The notes beneath the pieces were generated by a model. It saw only the letters and a list, made by a program, of their open reading frames with translations. It was not told the DNA's origin and searched no databases. The translations under genes and the position numbers were made by a program. Below, piece by piece: positions 9,746-19,949 of a stretch of DNA of 64,000 nt (positions are counted from its first letter, which is position 1; every line of letters starts with the position of its first letter). Source of the stretch: an uncultured Eubacteriales bacterium (GTDB lineage: Bacteria > Bacillota_I > Bacilli_A > RF39 > UBA660); NCBI GenBank assembly GCA_905211265.1, contig CAJMAC010000001.1:70928-134927 (forward strand). The letters run 5' to 3'.

Positions 9746-10438
9746 TTAAATAAATATTCTTTGTTTTATTTCATTAATTAATTTTCTATTAAAAGAAATA
9801 ATATATAAAATTAAACCAATAATTGTAATAGGTAAAATAGCATATATAGACCAATTTATAACAACTTTTTCATATTTAAACATATCTATACATGCTTCAA
9901 TTATTAAAAGTATTATAGAAATAAACGAAAATGCAATAGAAAATCTTCTTAATAAATTATACTTCTTTTTTTCTAATACAAACACACATAATACAATATA
10001 TATCCATATTATAAATATAAAAGGACAAACTAAATATAAAAACCAATGTAATCCATTATTTAAATATGCAATTACAAAAATTAATGTTTCAGTAGTAAGT
10101 AAATCAATAAACAATGGTATAAATTTATTTTTAAATAAAATAAATGATAGTTTAGAATTTAATGACAAACTAGAAACAATTACATAAATACTCCATGTAA
10201 TATCTCCAGTAAATACTATATCACATAAAACAGTAATAATAGTAGCACATAATAAAACTGTTGTTATTAATTCACATAAAAATTTTTTATTTATTTCTTT
10301 ATGCTTTTCTACTACTTGACTATATACAGGAATAAAATCATTATTTAAATTATTAGGATTTATTACCATTGTATTACATAAAGGGCAAACCTTTTCAGAT
10401 TGTTTTAATTTAACACCACAATTAACACAATAACTCAT
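9746..10438 (-). CDS. Zinc-ribbon membrane protein (N-terminal CxxC...CxxC, about 5 TM helices)
   Basis: Begins MSYCVNCGVKLKQSEKVCPLCNT, followed by several hydrophobic helices. Its start overlaps the stop of the upstream acyltransferase-like gene by 1 nt. Confidence 0.65.
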   Translation of the reverse strand: MSYCVNCGVKLKQSEKVCPLCNTMVINPNNLNNDFIPVYSQVVEKHKEINKKFLCELITTVLLCATIITVLCDIVFTGDITWSIYVIVSSLSLNSKLSFILFKNKFIPLFIDLLTTETLIFVIAYLNNGLHWFLYLVCPFIFIIWIYIVLCVFVLEKKKYNLLRRFSIAFSFISIILLIIEACIDMFKYEKVVINWSIYAILPITIIGLILYIISFNRKLINEIKQRIFI

Positions 10439-11715
10439 TATAACCTCCGATTACTTTCTATTAAAACAGGTACACCCATTTTAATTAAATTAGTAAATAA
10501 TATTCTTTCAAAATCTGCTTCTTTTATTTTTCTTGTTATAGTTAAATATACATTACCATTATAACCTATCATTGCCGAAGAAGAAGGTTTCCCTCTAGAT
10601 TTACCAATTAAAAATCCTACTTCTAAAACATACTTACTAACTTCTTTAGGTAAATCAATATTACCCAAATTAGATAAAGTACAAGAACAATATCTATCAC
10701 CCATCATTTTTTCAGTAAATGACATTATATATTTTTTTATAAACATAGGCAATAATCTAATAAAATAATTTCTAGTTATTTTTACATTAGCACTTATCTT
10801 AGAATTTAAAACCTTTTCTGTTAAATTAAGTTCCATAGAATTTTTTATTATTTTTATTATTTCTTCTAAAGAATAATTACCATATATTGGTTTTATCCCA
10901 ATATTTATATAAGAAGAAAAATTTCTCATAGTTTTACTTTCATAATAATTTCTTAAATTAACTGGAATAGATACTTTTATTTGTTTATTATTTTTTTTAC
11001 TATCCATATTATATAACTCTTGAATAGCTAAAATATGTAAAGACGCAATCAAACAAGTAATAGTACAATTATATTTCTTTGTAATTTTTTTTAAATCCTC
11101 TATATTTATTATACCAGTAATAACATTTAGTTCATCATCATTAATTAGTGTTCCTTTATAATGATATGCAGGTTTTTCATGGAGTAATTTACCTATTCCT
11201 CTTGCATATTTTTTAAAATCATCATTATATTCATCATTAGTTACTTTATCTTTTGGATTTAAAACATAATTATTATATGTTATATTAATCTTATATTTTA
11301 ATTTAATATACTCTCCCACTAATGTTGATAAAAATTTAATCGCACCAGTACCATCAGTCAATGCATGAAAGAATTCAACTGATATTCTATTTTCGTAATA
11401 CCTAACTCTAAATAAATAATTTCTATGGTTTTTAAATTTAATTCTTAACATAGGATTATTATAATCTTTTTCTATTAATGGATTTTCATTTATTCGTTTA
11501 AAATAACACCAAAAAAGTCCTTGTTTTAATTTATATTTAAAAGAAGGAAATCGATTTATTACATTGTTTAAAGCTATTTGCAATATATCACAATCAATTT
11601 TATCATTTAAACTCATAGTAACACGAAACATTGCAGCATATTTTCTTGATAAAGTTGAAGGATATATAGTTCCCGCATTATCCAATTTTAACCAATCAGG
11701 TGTTTTTTCTTTCAT
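10438..11715 (-). CDS. HxxxD-motif acyltransferase (alcohol acetyltransferase / condensation-domain superfamily)
   Basis: A 425-aa soluble protein with the catalytic-type motif FFHALTDGTG (HxxxDG). Confidence 0.6.
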   Translation of the reverse strand: MKEKTPDWLKLDNAGTIYPSTLSRKYAAMFRVTMSLNDKIDCDILQIALNNVINRFPSFKYKLKQGLFWCYFKRINENPLIEKDYNNPMLRIKFKNHRNYLFRVRYYENRISVEFFHALTDGTGAIKFLSTLVGEYIKLKYKINITYNNYVLNPKDKVTNDEYNDDFKKYARGIGKLLHEKPAYHYKGTLINDDELNVITGIINIEDLKKITKKYNCTITCLIASLHILAIQELYNMDSKKNNKQIKVSIPVNLRNYYESKTMRNFSSYINIGIKPIYGNYSLEEIIKIIKNSMELNLTEKVLNSKISANVKITRNYFIRLLPMFIKKYIMSFTEKMMGDRYCSCTLSNLGNIDLPKEVSKYVLEVGFLIGKSRGKPSSSAMIGYNGNVYLTITRKIKEADFERILFTNLIKMGVPVLIESNRRL

Positions 11716-11728
11716 ATTAAAACTCTCC

Positions 11729-12586
11729 TTAATTTATATCAAATCCTCTAATATTTTCATAATTAGTTATTATTAATTCTTCAACCTTACCTCTTTTTTT
11801 ACCATTAGCGTTAATATTTCTTTTAGCCTCAATTGTATAAATATGATAACCTTTATATAGTTCATTAACTAAAATAGTACTATGATTAGATAACATAACA
11901 TATACACCTTTTTTATCTAATTCCTTAAATACTCTTGCTAATCTAGTTTGTTCACTTTTATCAAATCCCGTTTCAGTATAACTAGTAAATGATTTAGTGT
12001 CAGAGTCATATGGAGGATCAAAATATACAAAATCTCCCTTTTTAGCATCCTTAACTGCTTCTTCAAAATCAACACTTAATATCTTAACATCATTCATTGT
12101 TAAATAATTACTTACAGTTATTAAATTACTACCTTCATAAGTATTTACATGTGTTTTTTTACCAAAAGGTACATTAAATTCATTTTTACTATTTACCCTA
12201 TAAAGACCATTAAAACAAGCCTTATTTAAATATATAGTTCTAGCAGCCCTAGTATAATCAGATAATCTATTAAAAGCTGTTTTACTCCTATCTTTATTTC
12301 TAATATTATAATAGAATTCTTCACTATGTTTAGTTTCATAACTATTTAATAAATTACACATTTTCTTAAATTTTTCTTCATTACATAAAACATTATATAC
12401 ATTCATTAATTCTTCATTTGAATCATTAATTACTGCTTTTTTTGGTGAAAGTTCAAAAAGTAAAGCTCCTCCTCCTACAAAAGGTTCATAATATGTATCA
12501 AATTCATCAGGTACATATTTTAATAATTCATTAATTACTTGTCTTTTACCTCCAGCCCATTTAACAAATGGTTTACCTTTTATCAT
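11729..12586 (-). CDS. dam: Dam-family (D12 class) N6-adenine DNA methyltransferase, probable GATC specificity
   Basis: Shows end-to-end similarity to E. coli Dam as recalled: FVKWAGGKRQ, the AdoMet motif EPFVGGGA, NVPFG, and the catalytic FDPPYD. Confidence 0.85.
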   Translation of the reverse strand: MIKGKPFVKWAGGKRQVINELLKYVPDEFDTYYEPFVGGGALLFELSPKKAVINDSNEELMNVYNVLCNEEKFKKMCNLLNSYETKHSEEFYYNIRNKDRSKTAFNRLSDYTRAARTIYLNKACFNGLYRVNSKNEFNVPFGKKTHVNTYEGSNLITVSNYLTMNDVKILSVDFEEAVKDAKKGDFVYFDPPYDSDTKSFTSYTETGFDKSEQTRLARVFKELDKKGVYVMLSNHSTILVNELYKGYHIYTIEAKRNINANGKKRGKVEELIITNYENIRGFDIN

Positions 12587-12651
12587 TATTTCACTTCCTT
12601 AAACATCATAACATAATAAAATTATACCAAATTATAAAGAAAAAGAAAATA

Positions 12652-15183
12652 CTATTTAATACTTTCTTTAAGTTCATTTAATTTATTTAAAGCTTCAAGT
12701 GGAGTCAATTCTAAAATATTAATACTCTTTAACTTCTCTTTTAATTCATCTTTTGGTTCTTCAAAATTTAATGGTAAAGTAGTTTGAATAGTAATGTCTC
12801 TTTTCTTTTCTTTATTTTCATATATCTTTAATATATCATCTGCCCTTGTAATAACTTCATTAGGTAATCCTGCTAATTTAGCAACATTTATACCATAACT
12901 CTTATCAACACTACCATCTTTTACTTTATGTAAAAATATTATATTGCCATCTTTTTCTTCTGCTGAAACATGTTTATTTTTAAGTTTTTTAAGATTTTTC
13001 TCTAAATCAGTTAATTCATGATAATGTGTAGAAAATAAAGTCTTACAACCAATATGATCATGAATATATTCAAGTATTGCTTGTGCTAAACTCATTCCAT
13101 CAAATGTTGCAGTACCTCTACCTAATTCATCAAATAATATTAAACTATTTTCTGTAGCATTTTTTATTGCATTAGAAGCCTCAATCATTTCAACCATAAA
13201 AGTAGATTCTCCACTTACCAAGTCATCACTTGCACCAATTCTAGTAAATATCTTATCAAATATAGGCAAATTAGCCTCTTTCGCAGGAACAAAGCAACCG
13301 ATCTGAGCCATTATAGTAATAATACCAAGTTGTCTCATATATGTTGATTTACCTGCCATATTAGGACCTGTAATAAGAAGTATATTAGTATTCTTATCCA
13401 TTATAATATCATTTTCTACATAAGAATCTTTTATAACTTTTTCTACAACTGGATGTCTTGAATCAATTACTTTTATTTCATGTTTATTATTTAATTTAGG
13501 TCTAACATAATTATATTTTTCACTAATAAATGCAAAACTTTGAATAACATCAATCTCACTTATAACCTTACTTATTTCTTGTAAATTAGGTATATATTCT
13601 TTTACTTTATCTCTTATTTCAATAAATAAATTATACTCAAGTTCAATAATTTTTTCTTCACTAGTTAAAATTAAATCTTCTTTTTCTTTAAGTAATGGTG
13701 TTATAAATCTTTCGCCATTAGCAATAGTTTGTTTTCTAATATATCCCATTTCTGGAGTAATTAAATTTAAATTACTTTTAGATACTTCAATAAAATAACC
13801 AAATACTTTATTAAATCCTATCTTTAAATTTTTTATACCAGTTCTTTCTTTTTCTTCAAGTTCAAATTTAGATATAAAGTCCTTACCACCACTTCTTAGA
13901 CTTTTTAATTCTTCTAATTCACTATTATAACCATCTTTAATTAAATAACCTTCTTTTAATCCTACCGGTGGAGTTTCATTTAAACTATTATTTAATAATT
14001 CATATAAACTATCCAATGTTTCTATTTGTTTATAGAAATTAATTTTAGTTAATATTTCCTTTATATTTGGTAAAACTCTCAAAGAATTTTTAAGTTGTAC
14101 TAAATCCCTAGCATTAGCATTACCCAATGATATTCTACCACATAATCTTTCTAAGTCATATACCTCATATAAATATTTTCTAAGTTCATCACTAAGTAAA
14201 AATTCATTTAATAATTTATCTATAATATCATATCTTTGATTTAATATATCTTTATCAATAATAGGATTTTCTATCCATTGTTTTAACTTTCTACCACCCA
14301 TCGCAGTTTTAGTATTATCCATAAGCCATAATAAAGAATATTGTCTTTCCTTTAATCTTAAACTTTCAGTTAATTCAAGATTCCTTTTAGTATGAACATC
14401 CATCTTTAAATAATTATCTTGTTTTTTTTCAATAACAAGTCTAATATGAGATAAATTTCTTCGTTGTTCTACTACTAAATAATATAATAAATGTTTAATA
14501 GCAATTTGATAATTAACATCAAAATTATTATATAAATAACTATAATTATCAAGTTCATATAATTTATCAGTAATAGTAACAGTAAGTTTATATTGACTTT
14601 TTAAAATATTAATAATATAAGGATCTAACTTAGAATTACAAATAACTTCTTTTAATCCCAAAGAAATTACTTCACTTAAAACTTTATCTTTATCATGATC
14701 CAATTTTTCAATATAATATTCACCAGTAGTAATATCAGAATAACTTATTACATACATATAATCAAAATCATAAATATTACCAATAAAATTATTTTCTTTT
14801 TCATTTAAACTACTTTCACTTATAACAGTACCAGAACTAATTACCTCAGTAATATCTCTTTTTACAATTCCTTTAGCAGTTTTAGGATCTTCCATTTGTT
14901 CACATATAGCAACTTTATATCCTTTTTTAATTAATTTATCTATATAAACATTAACCGCATGATATGGTACTCCACACATAGGAACTCTCTCTTCAAGTCC
15001 TGCTGCTCTACCTGTTAATGTTAATTCTAATTCATGAGATACAGTAACTGCATCTTCAAAAAACATTTCATAAAAATCTCCTAATCTATAAAATAACAAA
15101 ACATCTTTATAATTATCTTTCATTTCTACATAATGCTTCATCATCGGAGCAAGTTTACTTCTATCTACTTCACTTAATTTCAT
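12652..15183 (-). CDS. mutS: DNA mismatch repair protein MutS
   Basis: Has Walker A GPNMAGKSTYMRQ, STFMVEM, and N-terminal MMKHYVEMK...FYRLGDFYE. The likely start is the ATG at 15183, preceded by GAAGGTGAAG. The ORF-track start at 15198 is a TTG inside that SD region. Confidence 0.95.
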   Translation of the reverse strand: MKLSEVDRSKLAPMMKHYVEMKDNYKDVLLFYRLGDFYEMFFEDAVTVSHELELTLTGRAAGLEERVPMCGVPYHAVNVYIDKLIKKGYKVAICEQMEDPKTAKGIVKRDITEVISSGTVISESSLNEKENNFIGNIYDFDYMYVISYSDITTGEYYIEKLDHDKDKVLSEVISLGLKEVICNSKLDPYIINILKSQYKLTVTITDKLYELDNYSYLYNNFDVNYQIAIKHLLYYLVVEQRRNLSHIRLVIEKKQDNYLKMDVHTKRNLELTESLRLKERQYSLLWLMDNTKTAMGGRKLKQWIENPIIDKDILNQRYDIIDKLLNEFLLSDELRKYLYEVYDLERLCGRISLGNANARDLVQLKNSLRVLPNIKEILTKINFYKQIETLDSLYELLNNSLNETPPVGLKEGYLIKDGYNSELEELKSLRSGGKDFISKFELEEKERTGIKNLKIGFNKVFGYFIEVSKSNLNLITPEMGYIRKQTIANGERFITPLLKEKEDLILTSEEKIIELEYNLFIEIRDKVKEYIPNLQEISKVISEIDVIQSFAFISEKYNYVRPKLNNKHEIKVIDSRHPVVEKVIKDSYVENDIIMDKNTNILLITGPNMAGKSTYMRQLGIITIMAQIGCFVPAKEANLPIFDKIFTRIGASDDLVSGESTFMVEMIEASNAIKNATENSLILFDELGRGTATFDGMSLAQAILEYIHDHIGCKTLFSTHYHELTDLEKNLKKLKNKHVSAEEKDGNIIFLHKVKDGSVDKSYGINVAKLAGLPNEVITRADDILKIYENKEKKRDITIQTTLPLNFEEPKDELKEKLKSINILELTPLEALNKLNELKESIK

Positions 15184-15258
15184 GTACTTCACCTTCAAAC
15201 TATATATATTATAACAAAATTAACAAAAAATTCCAAGTACCTTTACAAGAGTATTAAT

Positions 15259-15915
15259 CTATAAATTCTTTACTTTTTTATTATGAATTAAATAATAATC
15301 TCCCTCGATAATAGTATAATTATCATCAACTATTCTAATACCAGTATCATTAGGTAAACCATATATTTTAATATTATTAGATAGTGGATATAATTCTTCA
15401 TTAAGTAAACTAAGATTATTTATATCAAAATGAGGTTCAATAGTATAATTTATTCTACCTATACCATTATAGATAGTAGTTTCTTCTACACCATCAAGTA
15501 AATCCTTTGAACATAGTGAAATACTACCTAAATTAATTGCACCTGCACTAATACCTATTACTACCTTTTTAAAATTCTTTATTATTTCTTTTAAATTATA
15601 TTTATCTAAAAATATATTTTGTTTTCTAGTATCTCCACCCATTATAAAGATAATATCTGTATTATTAATTGCATTTATCATATCATCTTTAGTCATACTT
15701 GAAGTTAAAATATCAACCTTTTTTATATCAATACCAATTTCCTTAAACCAAGAAACATCAGTTAATACATATCTTTTTACTTTATCAATATCATCAAATT
15801 CTCCTGGTATAAATACAATTTTTTCATAATTTTTCATATCTTTTTGAAAAAGTTCACTTACCCTCTTACCAAAATGTTTCTTTATATCAAATCCGTTAAA
15901 TATATAAGTTATCAT
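15259..15915 (-). CDS. Peptidase S51 (dipeptidase E-like) family protein
   Basis: Has motifs IFIMGGDT and GISAGAI. GGAGG lies 6 nt before the ATG at 15915, whereas the longer ORF would overlap the priA 3' end. Confidence 0.7.
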   Translation of the reverse strand: MITYIFNGFDIKKHFGKRVSELFQKDMKNYEKIVFIPGEFDDIDKVKRYVLTDVSWFKEIGIDIKKVDILTSSMTKDDMINAINNTDIIFIMGGDTRKQNIFLDKYNLKEIIKNFKKVVIGISAGAINLGSISLCSKDLLDGVEETTIYNGIGRINYTIEPHFDINNLSLLNEELYPLSNNIKIYGLPNDTGIRIVDDNYTIIEGDYYLIHNKKVKNL

Positions 15916-15928
15916 TATATCCTCCATT

Positions 15929-18112
15929 TTATAATCTAATAGGATCAACATCAATTTCAACATTAACCTTATTATTAGTTTTATATATATTATCAATATT
16001 AATTAAAGTATCTTTTAGCTTTAAATCTTTTTTATATTTAATAATACATTGATAATTATAAATATTATTAATCTTAAACATACTAGCCATTGTAGGACCT
16101 AATAATATAGTATCACTACTTAAATTTTTTTCTAAATAATCTTTTATCTTATTCGCATGTTTAAATCCTTCTTCATAGTCCTTACAACTAATTCTAACTA
16201 AAGTAATAAAATAATATGGTGAATAATTAAGTTGCTTTCTAATAGCCATTTCTTCTTTATAAAAATTTAAATAATCATGATTTTTAGCATATCTAATACT
16301 ATAATGTTCAGGATTAAATGTTTGAATAATTACTTCACCAGGATATTTACCTCTACCTGCTCTACCTGAAACTTGTGATAATAATTGAAATGTTCTTTCA
16401 CTACTTCTAAAATCAGGTACACATAAACTCATATCAGCATTTATTACTCCAACTAATGTAACTTTAGGAAAATCAAGTCCTTTTGCTATCATTTGAGTAC
16501 CAAGTAAAATATCATATTTACCTAAACCAAATTCTTTAATTATTTTTTCATGCATACCTTTTTTACTTGTAGTATCAGCATCCATTCTTATAACTCTAGC
16601 CTTAAATTTATCTATTATTTCTTGTTCTAATTTTTCAGTACCAAGTCCTATTCCTTTAATATCAGTGCTTCCACATTTCATACATTTACTTGGACATTTT
16701 TTAGTATAATTACAATAATGACATCTTAAACTATCACTGGATTTATGATAAGTTAAACTAATATCACAATTAGGACATTTCTCTACTTCACCACATTTAC
16801 TACATTTAATTAATGGTGAATATCCTCTTCGATTAAGAAGTAAAATAACTTGTTCACCTTTACTTATTTTTTCATTTATTTTATCAATTAATAATTTAGA
16901 AAAAGTATAATTACCTCTTTTTATTTCCTCTTTCATATCTACAATATGAACATCTGGTAATACCATATTATTAGCTCTTTTTTTCATAACTAGAAGTTCA
17001 TAATTTTTATTCATTGCCCTAGCAAAAGATTCTAATGAAGGTGTAGCACTACCTAAAACAATTGGACAATTATGATATTTACTTCTTAAAATAGCAATAT
17101 CCCTAGCATGATATCTTGGATGATTTTCTTGTTTATATGTTGCAGTATGTTCTTCATCAATAATAATAACACCAATATTAGTTAATGGTGCAAATATAGC
17201 ACTTCTAGCACCTACTACAATTCTAACTTTACCCATAGTTATTTTTCTATATTCATCATACTTTTCAGCATCACTTAATCCAGAATGCAATATTGCTATA
17301 TTATCTCCAAATCTTAAAGTAAATCTTTCTACAATTTGTGGAGTTAAACTAATCTCGGGTACTAACATAATCGCAGACATTCCTTTATTAATTGCTTTTT
17401 CTATTATATTCATATATACTTCTGTTTTACCAGACCCAGTAACACCATATAATAAAAATGTTTTACTAATACCAAAACTATTCGTTACTTTATTAACACA
17501 AACTTCTTGTTCATTATTTAAAATAACTCTAGTATCACTATTATTAGTATTAAATTTATATCTATAATCTTCTTCATATATAAATTTAATTAAACCATTT
17601 TTTTCTAATGTATTAAGATAACTTTCTAATTTATCAACTTTAATTTTCTTTTCTACAATTAATTTCTTTAAAAATTCTCTTTGTTTTTCATACTTAGTAT
17701 TTTCAATATAAGTAATAAGTTCCATATCTTTTTTATTACTAACTGCATACCTAATCAACTTAGTATTAATATTAGTTTTAATACTAGCCTTTAATGCCTT
17801 AGGTAACATTACTTGATAAGCACTAATTAAACTACATAAAGTTATCTCTTGTATCTTTTTCCCTAATTCTAACATTTCTTTATTTAATATAGGTATTTTA
17901 TCTACTAATTCAATAATTTCTTTTAATTCATAATCTACTTTATCAATAGTATTAGTTAATTCTAAAACAAAACCTTCTAATACCATACTACCAAATTTAA
18001 CTTTTACTCTACATCCTACCTTAATATCTTCTTTCATATTATCTGGTACAACATAAGTAAACATCTTATCTACATTTTTAACACCTATTTCAATAATTAC
18101 CTTTGCATACAT
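15929..18112 (-). CDS. priA: Primosomal replication protein N' (PriA helicase)
   Basis: Has Walker A GVTGSGKTEVY, DEEH, and the Cys-rich zinc-binding insertion CSKCGEVEKCPNCDISLTYHKSSDSLRCHYCNY. AAGGTGA precedes the ATG at 18112. Confidence 0.95.
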   Translation of the reverse strand: MYAKVIIEIGVKNVDKMFTYVVPDNMKEDIKVGCRVKVKFGSMVLEGFVLELTNTIDKVDYELKEIIELVDKIPILNKEMLELGKKIQEITLCSLISAYQVMLPKALKASIKTNINTKLIRYAVSNKKDMELITYIENTKYEKQREFLKKLIVEKKIKVDKLESYLNTLEKNGLIKFIYEEDYRYKFNTNNSDTRVILNNEQEVCVNKVTNSFGISKTFLLYGVTGSGKTEVYMNIIEKAINKGMSAIMLVPEISLTPQIVERFTLRFGDNIAILHSGLSDAEKYDEYRKITMGKVRIVVGARSAIFAPLTNIGVIIIDEEHTATYKQENHPRYHARDIAILRSKYHNCPIVLGSATPSLESFARAMNKNYELLVMKKRANNMVLPDVHIVDMKEEIKRGNYTFSKLLIDKINEKISKGEQVILLLNRRGYSPLIKCSKCGEVEKCPNCDISLTYHKSSDSLRCHYCNYTKKCPSKCMKCGSTDIKGIGLGTEKLEQEIIDKFKARVIRMDADTTSKKGMHEKIIKEFGLGKYDILLGTQMIAKGLDFPKVTLVGVINADMSLCVPDFRSSERTFQLLSQVSGRAGRGKYPGEVIIQTFNPEHYSIRYAKNHDYLNFYKEEMAIRKQLNYSPYYFITLVRISCKDYEEGFKHANKIKDYLEKNLSSDTILLGPTMASMFKINNIYNYQCIIKYKKDLKLKDTLINIDNIYKTNNKVNVEIDVDPIRL

Positions 18113-18178
18113 ACTTATCACCTTGTAAATTCATAATACAAGACCTAAGAAAAAAAGTCAAGAAAAAAAGACATATTT

Positions 18179-18574
18179 CTATATCCATTTTGTACTAACA
18201 ATTTCTCTCAATTGTTTTTGTTCATACTTACTCGTAAAAACAATTATTTTCTTTATTAAATCTTTAATAGATTTTTTATTTTCTAATGTTATATCTTCAA
18301 TTGTAATATATTTTTTAAATTCATTTTTATACTTATTATCTTTTAAATATAAATATAATCCTTTATCTAATGCTTCCACAACTTTAAGTTGTTTTTCATC
18401 AGTACCATTAACAGCAAAAATTAATTCTCTATACCAATCAATAAGTCTTGAAGTAATATTATCTCCATACTCATATTCATAATTAATAATATAATCATAA
18501 TTAATACAATGAGATAATATTTTATTAACAAAAGTTACATCAATAGTTTCAGTATGAACTAATTCATTTACCAT
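18179..18574 (-). CDS. Hypothetical protein (131 aa)
   Basis: Long ORF in the co-directional gene array with no recognisable motif. Confidence 0.5.
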   Translation of the reverse strand: MVNELVHTETIDVTFVNKILSHCINYDYIINYEYEYGDNITSRLIDWYRELIFAVNGTDEKQLKVVEALDKGLYLYLKDNKYKNEFKKYITIEDITLENKKSIKDLIKKIIVFTSKYEQKQLREIVSTKWI

Positions 18575-18669
18575 ATAATCGCCTATCTTTCTTATTTTTC
18601 TAACATAAGTATAGCAATATTTTATTTATTTGTAAATACTAAAATTAAAAAATAACTAGATTACTCTAA

Positions 18670-19935
18670 TTATTTAATTATTTCATATATAAGTTTATCA
18701 TTATTATTTATACTATCAGATATTGTATAACATAATGTATCAATATGTTCTATTTTTTTATCAGAATATATAGTATATATAGTATCTCCAACATTAACAT
18801 AATCATTAATATTTTTATTAACTACAATACCACTTGCATAATCAATAACATCATCTATTTTTTTCCTACCACTACCAAGTGATAAACTTATCTTAGCAAG
18901 TTTTAAAGCATCAATATTAGTTAAATATCCTTCTTTTTTAGACTTAATTTCACACTTTAAACTAGCTTTAGGTAACTTAGTAATATTACCATGTTGATAA
19001 TTAACAAATTCTAAAAATTTATTATAAGCACTCATATTATTTAAATTAGTTAATACTTTATTTTCTGCTTCTTCATAACTAATATTAAGACCTAAACTAA
19101 CCATATGACTAGATAACGCAACACATAAATCATATAAATGACCTTTTTTATTATTCTTAAGTATTTCCATTGCTTCTTCTACTTCAAGAGCATTACCAAT
19201 ATTATTTCCTAATGGAATATCCATATTAGTAAGTAAACATACTACTTTAATTCCATGATTATTACCAATATTAACCATTAATCTAGCAAGTCTCTTAGCA
19301 TCAGTCATATTTTTTATTAATGCACCAGTTCCCACCTTTAAATCAATAACAAGATTCTTTGAACCACATGCTATTTTCTTACTCATAATAGAACTAGCAA
19401 TAAGGGGAATAGACTCTACTGTACCAGTTACATCTCTTAAAGCATATATTTTTTTATCTGCAATTACTAAATTATCAGTTTGACTAACTACAGACATTCC
19501 AATATCTTTAATTTCTTTAATAAACTCTTCACTAGTTAACTTAACATTAAATCCTGGAATAGATTCTAATTTATCAATTGTTCCACCAGTATATCCTAAA
19601 CCTCGACCACTCATTTTAGCAACACATACACCACATGAAGACACAATTGGTGCAATAATCATAGTAGTTTTATCACCAACTCCACCAGTTGAATGCTTAT
19701 CACATACATGTTTAAACATACTTAAATCTATTCTATTTCCACTATCTAACATATATTTTGTTAAACTATAAACTTCATTATCGGTCATATCATTAATAGT
19801 AATAGCCATAAGTAAACTACTCATTTGATAATCTTTAATATTACCATCAACGAAATTATTAACTACATATTTTATTTCTTCATCAGTTAATTCTTCTTTT
19901 TTTCTCTTCTTATCAATTATGTCTATTATATTCAT
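18670..19935 (-). CDS. pdp: Pyrimidine-nucleoside (thymidine) phosphorylase
   Basis: Has DKHSTGGVGDKT and GRGLGYTGGTIDKLESIPGF motifs. The 421-aa length is typical of the family. Confidence 0.9.
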   Translation of the reverse strand: MNIIDIIDKKRKKEELTDEEIKYVVNNFVDGNIKDYQMSSLLMAITINDMTDNEVYSLTKYMLDSGNRIDLSMFKHVCDKHSTGGVGDKTTMIIAPIVSSCGVCVAKMSGRGLGYTGGTIDKLESIPGFNVKLTSEEFIKEIKDIGMSVVSQTDNLVIADKKIYALRDVTGTVESIPLIASSIMSKKIACGSKNLVIDLKVGTGALIKNMTDAKRLARLMVNIGNNHGIKVVCLLTNMDIPLGNNIGNALEVEEAMEILKNNKKGHLYDLCVALSSHMVSLGLNISYEEAENKVLTNLNNMSAYNKFLEFVNYQHGNITKLPKASLKCEIKSKKEGYLTNIDALKLAKISLSLGSGRKKIDDVIDYASGIVVNKNINDYVNVGDTIYTIYSDKKIEHIDTLCYTISDSINNNDKLIYEIIK

Positions 19936-19949
19936 GATCTCCCTCCATA

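Noticed and set aside
15915-15996. The long N-terminal extension of the S51 peptidase ORF that overlaps priA
   Set aside because: The extension is hydrophobic low-complexity sequence overlapping the priA 3' end. A GGAGG SD sits at the correct distance from the internal ATG at 15915.
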